From a virus (lineage: Duplodnaviria; Caudoviricetes), in the IMG/VR virus record IMGVR_UViG_3300042363_000275, positions 1-64,000 of that record: a stretch of DNA of 64,000 nucleotides; one strand, written 5' to 3'. Every line of letters begins with the position of its first letter. Position 1 is the first letter of the stretch. The notes under the pieces were generated by a model. That model searched no databases and was not told the origin of the DNA. It worked only from the letters and a program-made list of their open reading frames with translations. Below are positions 53,786 through 63,432 of the stretch, in pieces. The position numbers and the translations under genes are program-made.

Positions 53786-56124
53786 ATCTTGCCTGAATTG
53801 CTAAAGAATCTTGGATAACGACATGCCCAATAAGACGCGCTGGTCTTATCCTTATTGGTTAAGCAACGATGGCGAGCAACGAATGACTTTGTTGCTCCTG
53901 GATCATTGAACTTCTTTGCCATTCCAGACTGACTGAAGCGGACTTTCTTGACGCCACCATCACCAGTGCGAACATAAACCGCACCACCGCCACCTTCGCG
54001 CCATGGCTTACCAATGCCCTTGCCATCAGTTTTATCTTCTTCATTTACAGGAACGCAGTTGGGAACCATTCGGTTGCCCTTCTTCTTTAATCCTTTTTGT
54101 GTATACCCAGACCAACAGGCTTCTTCTAAACCTTCTTCTACTGGATAATCTAGGACAACTTGTTGCCCTTCAAACTCGGCAATTTCGCCAATGTTTGAAT
54201 TAAGCATATCCCTTTCCCACTCGTCTTTTGGAGCATAATTGCCTTCAGAATAAAGGCGTCTGGCTTCAGAGATCATTTCAAAAAACATCTCTGACCCTGG
54301 ACGGAAAGCATTTTCAGTAAACGAGATTTTATTTTCTAGATGGTATTGGACAGCTTCTTCCAAAGTAATATCTTCGCGCACATACGAACCGCTCGTAACG
54401 ACTGGTAGACCATCCAAAGCAGCATCTCTTGCATTAGGTGGAACTGTTTGCGACTTTTTCTTTTTGGATGATTTTGCCAATGTTGGTGTTAGATCTACGG
54501 CTTCTTCGTAGTTTTCTGGACAGCAATCCATCTCTTGTTCAAACATCTGATCAATATCTTCTCTTAGATCTTTATCAGCACCATGATAAGTGCCTTTACC
54601 TTTAGAGATATATGAGTTCACGCGAGCATGACCCCACTGTGATGGCGTGGTTCCTGGGCGGTGACCAGAGTTCCAAGCAGCAACGCCACGACGATACACC
54701 TTTCTTAAAGTAGAAACTGAGATTCCTGACTTGGCTGCTTTTGCTGATAAAGACTTATCTGCCGCACCTTCGTCGACTGTTTCCTCAGAAACACGACCCG
54801 TTTCTTTTCTCTTGTTCATAACAGCAGTGATGTTTCCACTGCGAGCTATGCGACGAATCTTTTTCTCATTGGCTTCGTCCATCATCTTACGGACTTTTAG
54901 TGTATACTTGCTTGGCTTTGTTTTGGCAGTTGCATCGCCAGGAGCTGGTTCGTATGCACGAGGATCGCTGTCAGAAAGTTTTGCCTTTTCTCTCCAATGT
55001 GATGCTCTAGCCTTCGCCGTTGATGCACTCAATCCAGCAACATACTTCTTTGGCAATCCAGACGCTTTATCTTTTGCAACTGATGGCAACTTTTTTTCAG
55101 ATAATGCCAGCCCTCTTTCTACTAGACGCTCCAGTAGTTTTTCGATCTGGCTTGCGAACATAATCTGTTCCATTTGACTAGATTCGTTTAGATTAATTGA
55201 ATTATTAAACACGAAGCAATCTAGTTCTTCTGATAGTTTTTCAGAACGATACCACTTTTCTAAACGCTTGTTTTCTGGTAGTGGATCTGCTCGTTCATCA
55301 TTACGAGCGCGAGAAACTTTGTTAGTTACAGAAACATATACAGTATCAAACTCATAGCCTTCGAGCATAGTCTTAACGAGTTCAATCTTATCCGCGTCAG
55401 CAGCACCATTGACGACAATGTTTGCATTTGATTCCAATAGTTCAGAGGCTTTACCCGAAAGCACTTGGTCTAGTTGAACCTCAACAAGATCAAATCGAGA
55501 AAAGATATTCTTCAGGACATAGTCCTTTCCGCTACCTGGACCGCCAAGTAGGAAAATGCCGATTGGTGAATTTGTTTCTTCGCTCATTGCTTTTTTTACC
55601 TTATCATGTATTGATGCACCGAGTTCTTTGTTACTGTAATGGCTAACAAACTCGTCGCGTTTACCTGCCTTAACTAAACCACGAAGTTTAGAAGCAGACA
55701 TACCTTCTGCACCCTCTGCGTCTGGATCTCGTTGACCAGCAGACTTAACTTCGACTTTTTTAATTCCTGGAAATTCTTTCTTTCTATATTTATTGAGTAA
55801 AGTGTGGAACTCTTTTACTCGATCAGAACCCACAACCATTGTTACATGCGTGTGACCTTTAGATTCTAGATGCTTCATTGCATCAATTGCAGTTTTAACT
55901 TTGCTATTAGATACAACATTGGCATTCGGGAATAAATTTCTTAACGCGCCTGCCTTTTCGCCGTGTGACAATGGATTTTTTCTAGAATCTTGTGTGTGCG
56001 ATGGGAAAATGTAATGCTTGCCACCACTTTCCTCAGCATGTGATTGAACAGCAGATACAAGTTTACCATGACCTGCTTCGGTTGGTGGGTTAAATCTGCC
56101 AAAAGTAAATGTTGCTTTACTCAT
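53776..56124 (-). CDS. Cytidylyltransferase-like (HxGH superfamily) + P-loop kinase-like + accessory domains
   Basis: TFGRFNPPTEAGHGKL..VVGSDR..SASKLR; GGPGSGKD. Confidence 0.8.
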   Translation of the reverse strand: MSKATFTFGRFNPPTEAGHGKLVSAVQSHAEESGGKHYIFPSHTQDSRKNPLSHGEKAGALRNLFPNANVVSNSKVKTAIDAMKHLESKGHTHVTMVVGSDRVKEFHTLLNKYRKKEFPGIKKVEVKSAGQRDPDAEGAEGMSASKLRGLVKAGKRDEFVSHYSNKELGASIHDKVKKAMSEETNSPIGIFLLGGPGSGKDYVLKNIFSRFDLVEVQLDQVLSGKASELLESNANIVVNGAADADKIELVKTMLEGYEFDTVYVSVTNKVSRARNDERADPLPENKRLEKWYRSEKLSEELDCFVFNNSINLNESSQMEQIMFASQIEKLLERLVERGLALSEKKLPSVAKDKASGLPKKYVAGLSASTAKARASHWREKAKLSDSDPRAYEPAPGDATAKTKPSKYTLKVRKMMDEANEKKIRRIARSGNITAVMNKRKETGRVSEETVDEGAADKSLSAKAAKSGISVSTLRKVYRRGVAAWNSGHRPGTTPSQWGHARVNSYISKGKGTYHGADKDLREDIDQMFEQEMDCCPENYEEAVDLTPTLAKSSKKKKSQTVPPNARDAALDGLPVVTSGSYVREDITLEEAVQYHLENKISFTENAFRPGSEMFFEMISEARRLYSEGNYAPKDEWERDMLNSNIGEIAEFEGQQVVLDYPVEEGLEEACWSGYTQKGLKKKGNRMVPNCVPVNEEDKTDGKGIGKPWREGGGGAVYVRTGDGGVKKVRFSQSGMAKKFNDPGATKSFVARHRCLTNKDKTSASYWACRYPRFFSNSGKIWW

Positions 56125-57257
56125 ATGATACTCTTTTGTCCTCGTAGCACTGCAGATCTTGCTCTGTTAAGTTTACTAAACTCCTCACGATCTACAACTT
56201 TTAATCCTTTCGCAAAGTAACCTTCTGGTCCAGATTCTTTACCGCTAATAGAATGCGAATATTCGCCACTTGCAGTTTTATTTAAACCGCGAGCAAGCAG
56301 ATTAGTTGCTTTTTGCGTGTTATGATGAATATCGAATGTAGTTTTAAACGCAGCAGAATTGTTCTTTACATGCTCCAGTGCAGAGTCACGAGCAGCGGCT
56401 TTAGCGTTCTTGGCTTTCTCAGTTTTAACTTTGTCGATTTCTTTTGCCCATCTGTTTGTAAGATGGCGAGTGTATCCCTGAACAGTTGGCTTTTCGCCAG
56501 AGTCGACTGTTGAGTTTACATAGGTTCTGAGTGTTGCTTCGTGACCAGCAAGATGCTCATAGGAATGACCTTTCATCAGTTTTTGAGCAGCCGCTAATCT
56601 TTCCACAACGGCTTTACGATCTTTTGGGCTTAACCTTTGTTCTTCTTTACCGATAGCATGTTTAACTAGATGAACATCTGGATGTTCTCCAAACTCCGAC
56701 TGATCCGTGATAGGTGTTGCCTTTTTGTTTCTACCTTTTAACTCAGTGTGGACTGTGATGCTGAGTTTAGACTTGGCTAGTTTTTTACCTTCTGGAGAAT
56801 TTTTATCGACGGCATACTTAATAGTGTTTGGAGTGTGTGAGATCTTACCATCGGTTTCTTCACGAGTTTCTGGAGTGGACATAAATCCACCTTGCCACTC
56901 GCCAGCTCTTTTAGGAAGAACCTTGTAGCCGTGTGCTAGAATGGCTTTAAGCGGCTCAGCAAGGTATGGTTTTTTGCCATGCTGAGTGTCGACGTCGGAT
57001 GCAGTGTAGTTATACTTGGCGCCTGGACCCTTGTATTTTACGCCAACGCGACCGTCTTTTTCGCGGACGATCTGGAATGACATTTTGTCATCGATTTTGC
57101 GTGTAATTGGAGTCCTTCCGAGAGCAACGCCTCGGAGAGCAGTGAGTGCTTGAGATGCTGGTTTTGAACCGTCAAATGTGCGATCAGAGGGATGCTCTAG
57201 ATGCTGGATTCCTACGGCTTTAGACGCCTCTGTTAAAAAGGCAGAGAACTGTAACAT
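56121..57257 (-). CDS. Conserved hypothetical protein (DUF6267-like), capsid-targeting-like N-terminus
   Basis: MLQFSAFLTE; HLEHP; KVVDREEFSKLN. Confidence 0.65.
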   Translation of the reverse strand: MLQFSAFLTEASKAVGIQHLEHPSDRTFDGSKPASQALTALRGVALGRTPITRKIDDKMSFQIVREKDGRVGVKYKGPGAKYNYTASDVDTQHGKKPYLAEPLKAILAHGYKVLPKRAGEWQGGFMSTPETREETDGKISHTPNTIKYAVDKNSPEGKKLAKSKLSITVHTELKGRNKKATPITDQSEFGEHPDVHLVKHAIGKEEQRLSPKDRKAVVERLAAAQKLMKGHSYEHLAGHEATLRTYVNSTVDSGEKPTVQGYTRHLTNRWAKEIDKVKTEKAKNAKAAARDSALEHVKNNSAAFKTTFDIHHNTQKATNLLARGLNKTASGEYSHSISGKESGPEGYFAKGLKVVDREEFSKLNRARSAVLRGQKSII

Positions 57258-57297
57258 ACTCTCTCCACACTGTGGGATTACCTTTTATTTAGTATAT

Positions 57298-58071
57298 TTA
57301 GAGTTTCATACTTGCAATAGCGTTCTTGAGTGCATCTCGAATATCCGACATACCCTCATAAGCAGGAATGGTGCAGGTTGACCGCCCAGCTGCTGTTGCT
57401 GCCTTAAATTCTTCTGGAGTGTACCATTGCGGGTCAATCTTCATAAGATCCGCAAGTTCATGCATGTTTACAGAACCCTTATTTACCAGGTTATAGTACC
57501 CATTAGGCTCGTGTTCTTCCATAAGATTACAGGCGACGCTTACAGCCTCATCAAGATCTGTTAATGAGTTTTCGCCAGCATCAATTAACTTACCGTGTTT
57601 GGCGTAGTTATAGACCTTTGTAAGATAATTTTTAGACTCGTTGACACCAGTAAATGGCATACGAATACGATAAACCTGCGCTTTATCGCCAAGATAGACA
57701 TCTGAAACACCCTTGGATACTGAATAGATGCTACCAAAATAGTTTGGTGGAGCGTCCACATCATCAATATCACCCATGTAGATACACCCGCTGGAGAAAT
57801 GCGCCAAACGAGTTCTCCATCCACATGCATTAGCCAATAATGCTGGGAAAATTGCATTGGCGTCAATAGTACCCTGCTTGTCCAACTCACAGGCATCAAC
57901 ATTTGGGGTTCCCGTTTTACCAGCACAGTTTACAACCCAATCAAATGTGGTTCTTTCTATAGTATCGATTGCATCTTCATGGGAGCAAAATGTTACCACA
58001 TGCCCACGCTGAAGCAATTCCTTGAATACCTTTTTACCCGTCCATCCTCGACCAACTACTAGAAAATGCAT
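57298..58071 (-). CDS. NDP-4-keto-6-deoxyglucose 3,5-epimerase/4-reductase-like SDR (NRS/ER-like)
   Basis: GRGWTG; NCAGKTGTPNVDACE; SSGCIY; YSVSK; RIRMP. Confidence 0.7.
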   Translation of the reverse strand: MHFLVVGRGWTGKKVFKELLQRGHVVTFCSHEDAIDTIERTTFDWVVNCAGKTGTPNVDACELDKQGTIDANAIFPALLANACGWRTRLAHFSSGCIYMGDIDDVDAPPNYFGSIYSVSKGVSDVYLGDKAQVYRIRMPFTGVNESKNYLTKVYNYAKHGKLIDAGENSLTDLDEAVSVACNLMEEHEPNGYYNLVNKGSVNMHELADLMKIDPQWYTPEEFKAATAAGRSTCTIPAYEGMSDIRDALKNAIASMKL

Positions 58072-58073
58072 AA

Positions 58074-58958
58074 TTAAATCCTCGTGTGAATAATTTTGTA
58101 CAAATACTTACCATAATCCGACTTGGCATACTTATTAGCCTGTTCTTCAACTTGTTTCTGCGTAATCCATGCATGCTTGTAAGCAATCTCTTCGGGGCAT
58201 GCAATCATCGTTCCAGTTCTTTTTTGTACTGATCCAACAAAAACAGATGCCTCTGACAAAGACTCGAATGTCCCAGTATCAATCCATGCAACACCACGAT
58301 TCAAAAACTCAACTTTACAATCATGATTCTTCATGTACAATTTATTGATGTCAGTAATTTCCAGTTCACCGCGATGCGACGGTGTAATCTGCCAAGCATA
58401 GTCTACCACTTTATTATCATAAAAGTATAAACCTGTTACTGCATAATTGCTAGGTGGGTTGGCTGGCTTTTCGTGAACATCAATGGGATCATTGTTATCG
58501 TTAAACTCAACAACGCCGAATCGCTCAGGGTCACTGACATGATATGCAAATAGAGTACATCCTGTTCTGTTCCAGTTAGCATGAGCGAAACGATTAATCA
58601 AATCATTTCCATAGAAAATGTTATCGCCAAGAATAAGCGCAACATCATCCTTTCCGATCCATTCTTCGCAGATACGGAAACACTCAGCAATACCCTTTGG
58701 CTCTGGCTGGATTGAGTATGAGATATTGATGCCCCATTGAGATCCATCACCACAGAGTCGCTTGAATGCTTCTGCGTCGTTTGGTGAATTGACAATCATG
58801 ATATCGCGAATACCAGCCATCATCAATGTCGATAGCGGATAATACACCAGCGGTTTATCATAAACTGGCAGTAATTGTTTCGAAGTCACTTCGGTGCATG
58901 GGTACAAACGAGTGCCCATTCCACCTGATAAAATTATACCCTTTCTCATAGATACCAC
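58074..58958 (-). CDS. rmlA: Glucose-1-phosphate thymidylyltransferase
   Basis: GIILSGGMGTRLYP..SKQLLPVYDKP..RGELEITD..WIDTGT. Confidence 0.95.
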   Translation of the reverse strand: MVSMRKGIILSGGMGTRLYPCTEVTSKQLLPVYDKPLVYYPLSTLMMAGIRDIMIVNSPNDAEAFKRLCGDGSQWGINISYSIQPEPKGIAECFRICEEWIGKDDVALILGDNIFYGNDLINRFAHANWNRTGCTLFAYHVSDPERFGVVEFNDNNDPIDVHEKPANPPSNYAVTGLYFYDNKVVDYAWQITPSHRGELEITDINKLYMKNHDCKVEFLNRGVAWIDTGTFESLSEASVFVGSVQKRTGTMIACPEEIAYKHAWITQKQVEEQANKYAKSDYGKYLYKIIHTRI

Positions 58959-59893
58959 TCCACAGTTTTTCTCAAACCATCAAATATATTTGTTTTTGCT
59001 TCCCATCCAAGTTCATTTTTAAGTTTACTTGAATCCATCGAATAACGCAAATCATGACCCTTTCGATCATCCACAAAATTAATCCAGTTTTTATGTGTTT
59101 CTGGTGGCTTGCCCATGATATCCAAAATCATAGATACCATGCTTAGATTGTCACACTCAAATCCACCACCAATGTTGTACCGTTCACCACGCTTAAAGTT
59201 TTCGCCAATAGTTAAAAGTGCATCGCAATGGTCTTCAACAAATAACCAGTCACGAATATTAGAACCATTACCGTAAACAGGAATAGGTGTGTTGTTTTTG
59301 ATATGTTGAATGATTGTTGGAATAAACTTTTCTTTGTGCTGACGAGGACCATAGTTATTCGAACAGTTAGTTACAACTGCTTCTAGGTTATGCGTGTTTA
59401 CATACGAGCGAACTAGGTGGTCGCTGGCTGCTTTAGTTGCAGAGTATGGGTTGCGTGGGTCGTATGGCGTTGTTTCGCTGAACGAAGGATCATCTGGACC
59501 AAGACTTCCATAAACTTCATCAGTAGAAACATGGACTAACTTGCCGCCATATTTCTTGATGCACTTTAGAATGTTATGGGTGCCGTTAATATTGGTGCTA
59601 AGAAAGTCATCGTCACCACGGATAGAATTATCAACATGAGACTCAGCCGCAAAATGGAAAATAATATCTGGTTCATAGCTGGAATACATGTGCTCCAAAA
59701 ATTGAAGATTGCGAATGTCAACTCTCTTGACTTGCAATCGCCAGTCATCATAAAATTTATCTAGATTACTGCTGTTTGCAGAATAAGAGTAATTGTCGAG
59801 GACGACAATCTCATCCGAAGGATATTTTTTAAGGTGGGAGATTACAAAATTAGAACCAATAAACCCCAATCCACCAGTCACAAATGTAGTCAT
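58946..59893 (-). CDS. rmlB: dTDP-glucose 4,6-dehydratase
   Basis: TGGLGFIGS; AAESHVDNSI; STDEVYG; YSATK; NNYGPRQHKEK; DRKGHD. Confidence 0.95.
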   Translation of the reverse strand: MTTFVTGGLGFIGSNFVISHLKKYPSDEIVVLDNYSYSANSSNLDKFYDDWRLQVKRVDIRNLQFLEHMYSSYEPDIIFHFAAESHVDNSIRGDDDFLSTNINGTHNILKCIKKYGGKLVHVSTDEVYGSLGPDDPSFSETTPYDPRNPYSATKAASDHLVRSYVNTHNLEAVVTNCSNNYGPRQHKEKFIPTIIQHIKNNTPIPVYGNGSNIRDWLFVEDHCDALLTIGENFKRGERYNIGGGFECDNLSMVSMILDIMGKPPETHKNWINFVDDRKGHDLRYSMDSSKLKNELGWEAKTNIFDGLRKTVEWYL

Positions 59894-59903
59894 AAAACCT
59901 CAA

Positions 59904-61115
59904 TTATTTTGCAATAACATATTTCGCTGAGTAATCACTTCCAGATGCTGCAGCAACTATAAATGATTTTATTAATTTAGTTGATTTTCCACTGCGCGCA
60001 TTACTCACAAGATAATCTTTTATCTCTTTATTTGGTCCAGAATCAGTAAAATACTTTTTACTCAAATCATTTCTAATTTCTCTGTATCGAATACCTTCTG
60101 GAGAATCTTTTGGTTCTTTCTTAAGATCTTTTAATTTTTTTGTTGCTTCTTCTGCAAAACCTCGTTTAGCTGTTTGCATAGATAATTCTAATTTATTACC
60201 AAATTGAGAATCAACTGATTTTGCCACGTCAATTATTTTATTTCCTGAGAGTGAACCACCTCGCGCCCCACCCTTTGACCGTATTTCCATTTTATATGTT
60301 CCACCAGAAAATGTGCCTGTCGCAGCATCATGACGAATCACAATATCTGTGGATTTATCGGTCTTACTTATCTCCACAACTAATGATCTTGCATCTTCTG
60401 CTTTACCACCAATGCCTGCAAATATATATGGCAGTTCACCACCACCCTCAAAGTTAACTTTAACAACTTCAACCTCTCCTGTTTGCTTCTTTAAAGAAAG
60501 TGGAAGAAGATCTGCAGAATCAATCATACCTGAGATCATTCCATTAAGTTCTTCAAATGTTATTTTTGGCTGTTTTGAAACTGCCACAGCCAACTTTTTT
60601 TTTGCTACTGGGGTTGCAAAGTAAATATCTGCTGGACTCCACTTATTAATATTACCAAATGCTTTTGATGGACCTTCGACTTCTTTTAAGATTTTATTTG
60701 CTCGTGAAAATAGAGTTTGGATATTACCCATAACTTCATCATCACCACGAACATAAATGATATTACTCCAGTTGACATTTTTAATTCTATTGAATTTTTG
60801 ATTGATATTACCAACTTCTACTAAAACCTGTTTTGCAATATGCATAGAGGAATGAAACCAAGTTTTATCAGAAATTAAAAACTTTTCAATGTCTGCTAAA
60901 GAAACTCCAGGCGTATTCACATTAGTTTTATATGCTTCTTTTATAACTTGCGTTATATTTTTTTGTCCAGGAGGATTATATTTGGCAGTGAAATCTTCAT
61001 AAGTCTTATAAACTTTTTTATCAAAAACTTTTGTTGATTCTCTATGTCCCAAATAATCTGCTAATGCACAGAATAACGCTTGGGCTGCTTCTTGGAGTGC
61101 CGTTTTATCTGCCAT
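59904..61115 (-). CDS. Hypothetical AT-rich protein, possibly nuclease-like
   Basis: ORF track; NKWSPADIYF motif. Confidence 0.55.
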   Translation of the reverse strand: MADKTALQEAAQALFCALADYLGHRESTKVFDKKVYKTYEDFTAKYNPPGQKNITQVIKEAYKTNVNTPGVSLADIEKFLISDKTWFHSSMHIAKQVLVEVGNINQKFNRIKNVNWSNIIYVRGDDEVMGNIQTLFSRANKILKEVEGPSKAFGNINKWSPADIYFATPVAKKKLAVAVSKQPKITFEELNGMISGMIDSADLLPLSLKKQTGEVEVVKVNFEGGGELPYIFAGIGGKAEDARSLVVEISKTDKSTDIVIRHDAATGTFSGGTYKMEIRSKGGARGGSLSGNKIIDVAKSVDSQFGNKLELSMQTAKRGFAEEATKKLKDLKKEPKDSPEGIRYREIRNDLSKKYFTDSGPNKEIKDYLVSNARSGKSTKLIKSFIVAAASGSDYSAKYVIAK

Positions 61116-61731
61116 TTTTATAAACCTTCTTTAAAAACTTTTTCCAAACTTTAGGATCTTGATCCCGAAAGTTTTTGCGATACATAAAGATGGCTTCAGA
61201 ATTTCTCCAGCCAATCGTATGCGCTTTTCGTAATTTATTTAGCGCAACATTATCGAACTTTGTTTCGAATGCATAAGCATCTATTTCATCAGTCGAACCC
61301 AGATACATCATCTGATAATCGCGTTCTACATCTTCTACTTTATATGGTGCAGGTGTAATTTTATACTTTCTCTTGATGTTTTGCTGTCGATGACGCAGCT
61401 CATGAAAAAGCACTTTGGTGACATTGACTGACAAATTTTTAGCACCCTTTGGTGTCATGGTCACTGACAGTTTATCAGATGGAAGGCTAAGATAGATGTA
61501 AATGCAGTCGGGGATACCCATAAAACGAGACTGGTATAAACCAGAAACAAGTATTGGATAATCTGCATAATACTTTTCATCGTATCGACTGGAAGCAAAT
61601 ACAACTTTATCCTTCTCAAAAAGTTTGTTGAGTTTACGAATCAGAGGTGCAATTCTTTTTTCGCCAACCCAATTATCAATTAAGTCAGCAATCTGCTTTT
61701 GGCGTTTATGCACATCCTTCATAATTCTCAT
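61105..61731 (-). CDS. Zinc metallopeptidase-like protein (HExxH)
   Basis: FHELRHRQQ..DEIDAYA. Confidence 0.7.
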   Translation of the reverse strand: MRIMKDVHKRQKQIADLIDNWVGEKRIAPLIRKLNKLFEKDKVVFASSRYDEKYYADYPILVSGLYQSRFMGIPDCIYIYLSLPSDKLSVTMTPKGAKNLSVNVTKVLFHELRHRQQNIKRKYKITPAPYKVEDVERDYQMMYLGSTDEIDAYAFETKFDNVALNKLRKAHTIGWRNSEAIFMYRKNFRDQDPKVWKKFLKKVYKNGR

Positions 61732-63104
61732 ACTTTTAGATTCTTAAACTTATCTGTGCTTCGACCACGATCAAAGGCTGGCTTTGAGTTGTTTTCCTGC
61801 ATCACTGAATCTTGGGCTTTCTGTTCAAGATCGTACAACTTCATCTTGGCTCTGTCAACTCCAATCGTAAATCGTTTATGGAGGTTGGGATCGTTATAAC
61901 GATTTTTAAGTTGCTTGACGAGTAACTGATTAAGTTGCTGCAACTCTTCAGTGCTAACAAGAGCAAACATAAAGTCAGCAGTCGCAGGTAGACCGAACGA
62001 TTCAGAAGTATCTTCGAGTCCAGGATCCGAGTTACTGAACCCTGAACGAGTTGTTTGAGTTGCAGAAACAATCGGGACATTATTCTCCACCGCAAGACCG
62101 CGCAGTTCTTCGGCGATAGCCTTGATGTAAGTATAACTGTTTACATTCGCACCCGCCTTAATTCTAGACGATGCGCAAATATTTAGGTAGTCAATGAAGA
62201 TTATATCTGGGCGGAAGTTCTTCTTCAGTGCAAGATCGTTAATCAATGCGCGGAAGTGAGCAGGATTCGCAGACGCAGTTGGATATTCTTTAATAATTAA
62301 CTTGCCTTTGACAGAACCCCTGAGTTTACCCATTCGCTTCTCATACATGTCTTTCGGCATGTTCATGAGATCGTCAAGAGAAACATTGAGGAGATTAGCG
62401 TCGATTCTTTCAGCAATCTTCTCCTCAGCCATTTCTAGAGTAATGTATAGAACATTGTAGTTCTGCGTCAGGCAACCAGCAGCCACATGACACATAAACA
62501 GAGACTTGCCGACACCAGTACCTGCAAGAGCAATGTTAAGGGTCTTTTGTGGTAATCCACCTTTAGTGATTTTGTTGAAATATTCAAGATCGAAGGGGAT
62601 TCTTTTTTCGACGCGATGATAAAAATCGTAGCGATCAGCGTAACTATCCAAAAAATCATGACCAATGTGAGGATCGAAACTAACCCCCAGAGCATCAGAC
62701 AAAAGAGTAGGAATGCTTCCTTTGCCCCTTGCTTGATCTTTGCCATCCAGGATCTGAATGGAATCCATGATGGCATTGTAAATCGCTTTTTCTTGGCAGA
62801 ACTTTTCTGTAGTGTCAAGAAGCCACTCGAGTTTTTGCTCTGACTTGTCATTCGAGATTTCCTTTAGGAGTTCGAGTGACTTATTTAACTCACCCTCTGT
62901 GAGTTTCGTAGATTCTTTAAGGCTGATCTCCAGCGCTGCTTTCGGAGGCAGACTGTTGTACTTTAGAATGAACTCTTTTATTTCTTCGAATACCTTTCTT
63001 TCGTGGCTTTCTGTCAGATACTCTTTCTTCAGAAAGGGCAGAGTCTTCCTCATGAAAGACTCGTTCCGCATCAGATTCGACAAAATTAGTGTTTCTGTTT
63101 TCAT
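61728..63104 (-). CDS. gp41: T4 gp41-like DnaB-family replicative helicase
   Basis: AGTGVGKS; ITLEMAEE; IKEYPT; IDYLNIC; SATQTTRSG; KQLKNRY. Confidence 0.95.
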   Translation of the reverse strand: MKTETLILSNLMRNESFMRKTLPFLKKEYLTESHERKVFEEIKEFILKYNSLPPKAALEISLKESTKLTEGELNKSLELLKEISNDKSEQKLEWLLDTTEKFCQEKAIYNAIMDSIQILDGKDQARGKGSIPTLLSDALGVSFDPHIGHDFLDSYADRYDFYHRVEKRIPFDLEYFNKITKGGLPQKTLNIALAGTGVGKSLFMCHVAAGCLTQNYNVLYITLEMAEEKIAERIDANLLNVSLDDLMNMPKDMYEKRMGKLRGSVKGKLIIKEYPTASANPAHFRALINDLALKKNFRPDIIFIDYLNICASSRIKAGANVNSYTYIKAIAEELRGLAVENNVPIVSATQTTRSGFSNSDPGLEDTSESFGLPATADFMFALVSTEELQQLNQLLVKQLKNRYNDPNLHKRFTIGVDRAKMKLYDLEQKAQDSVMQENNSKPAFDRGRSTDKFKNLKV

Positions 63105-63432
63105 CTATTACCCTTGTGGCGTGTTCTACCGAATCAGTAATTATATTACGAAGTATGGCAGAAGTAAAGTTCTTAAACTTATTAGATTCTACATTACAAA
63201 GATTAGGATTAGAGATAATTGAAATATTGTATGACATTTCATTATCACTGGACATATGGATATCAGTAATCTCAAATATGACACCAGGATATTTCTTGAT
63301 TATCTTAATAGCAATAGCATCTTTGTTTGAAAGATCTAGAAAAAGATCGTAGTCTCTACCAAACTTTAAGAACTTTCTTGCTTTCCAAAATTGGAATTTC
63401 GCAATTAAATCTTCAAACATCTTCTTCCTCAA
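62917..63432 (-). CDS. Hypothetical protein at the T4 gp40 position (probable start 63420)
   Basis: Synteny uvsX - ORF - gp41; 3' end overlaps gp41 by 188 nt. Confidence 0.5.
   Translation of the reverse strand: MRKKMFEDLIAKFQFWKARKFLKFGRDYDLFLDLSNKDAIAIKIIKKYPGVIFEITDIHMSSDNEMSYNISIISNPNLCNVESNKFKNFTSAILRNIITDSVEHATRVIDENRNTNFVESDAERVFHEEDSALSEERVSDRKPRKKGIRRNKRVHSKVQQSASESSAGDQP

Noticed and set aside
177-63352. Plus-strand ORFs in the six-frame track (e.g. 10947..11486, 42155..42664, 46115..46891)
   Set aside because: They are antisense shadows of minus-strand genes or repeats, with no recognisable motifs; promoters, tRNAs and the terminator all point to the minus strand
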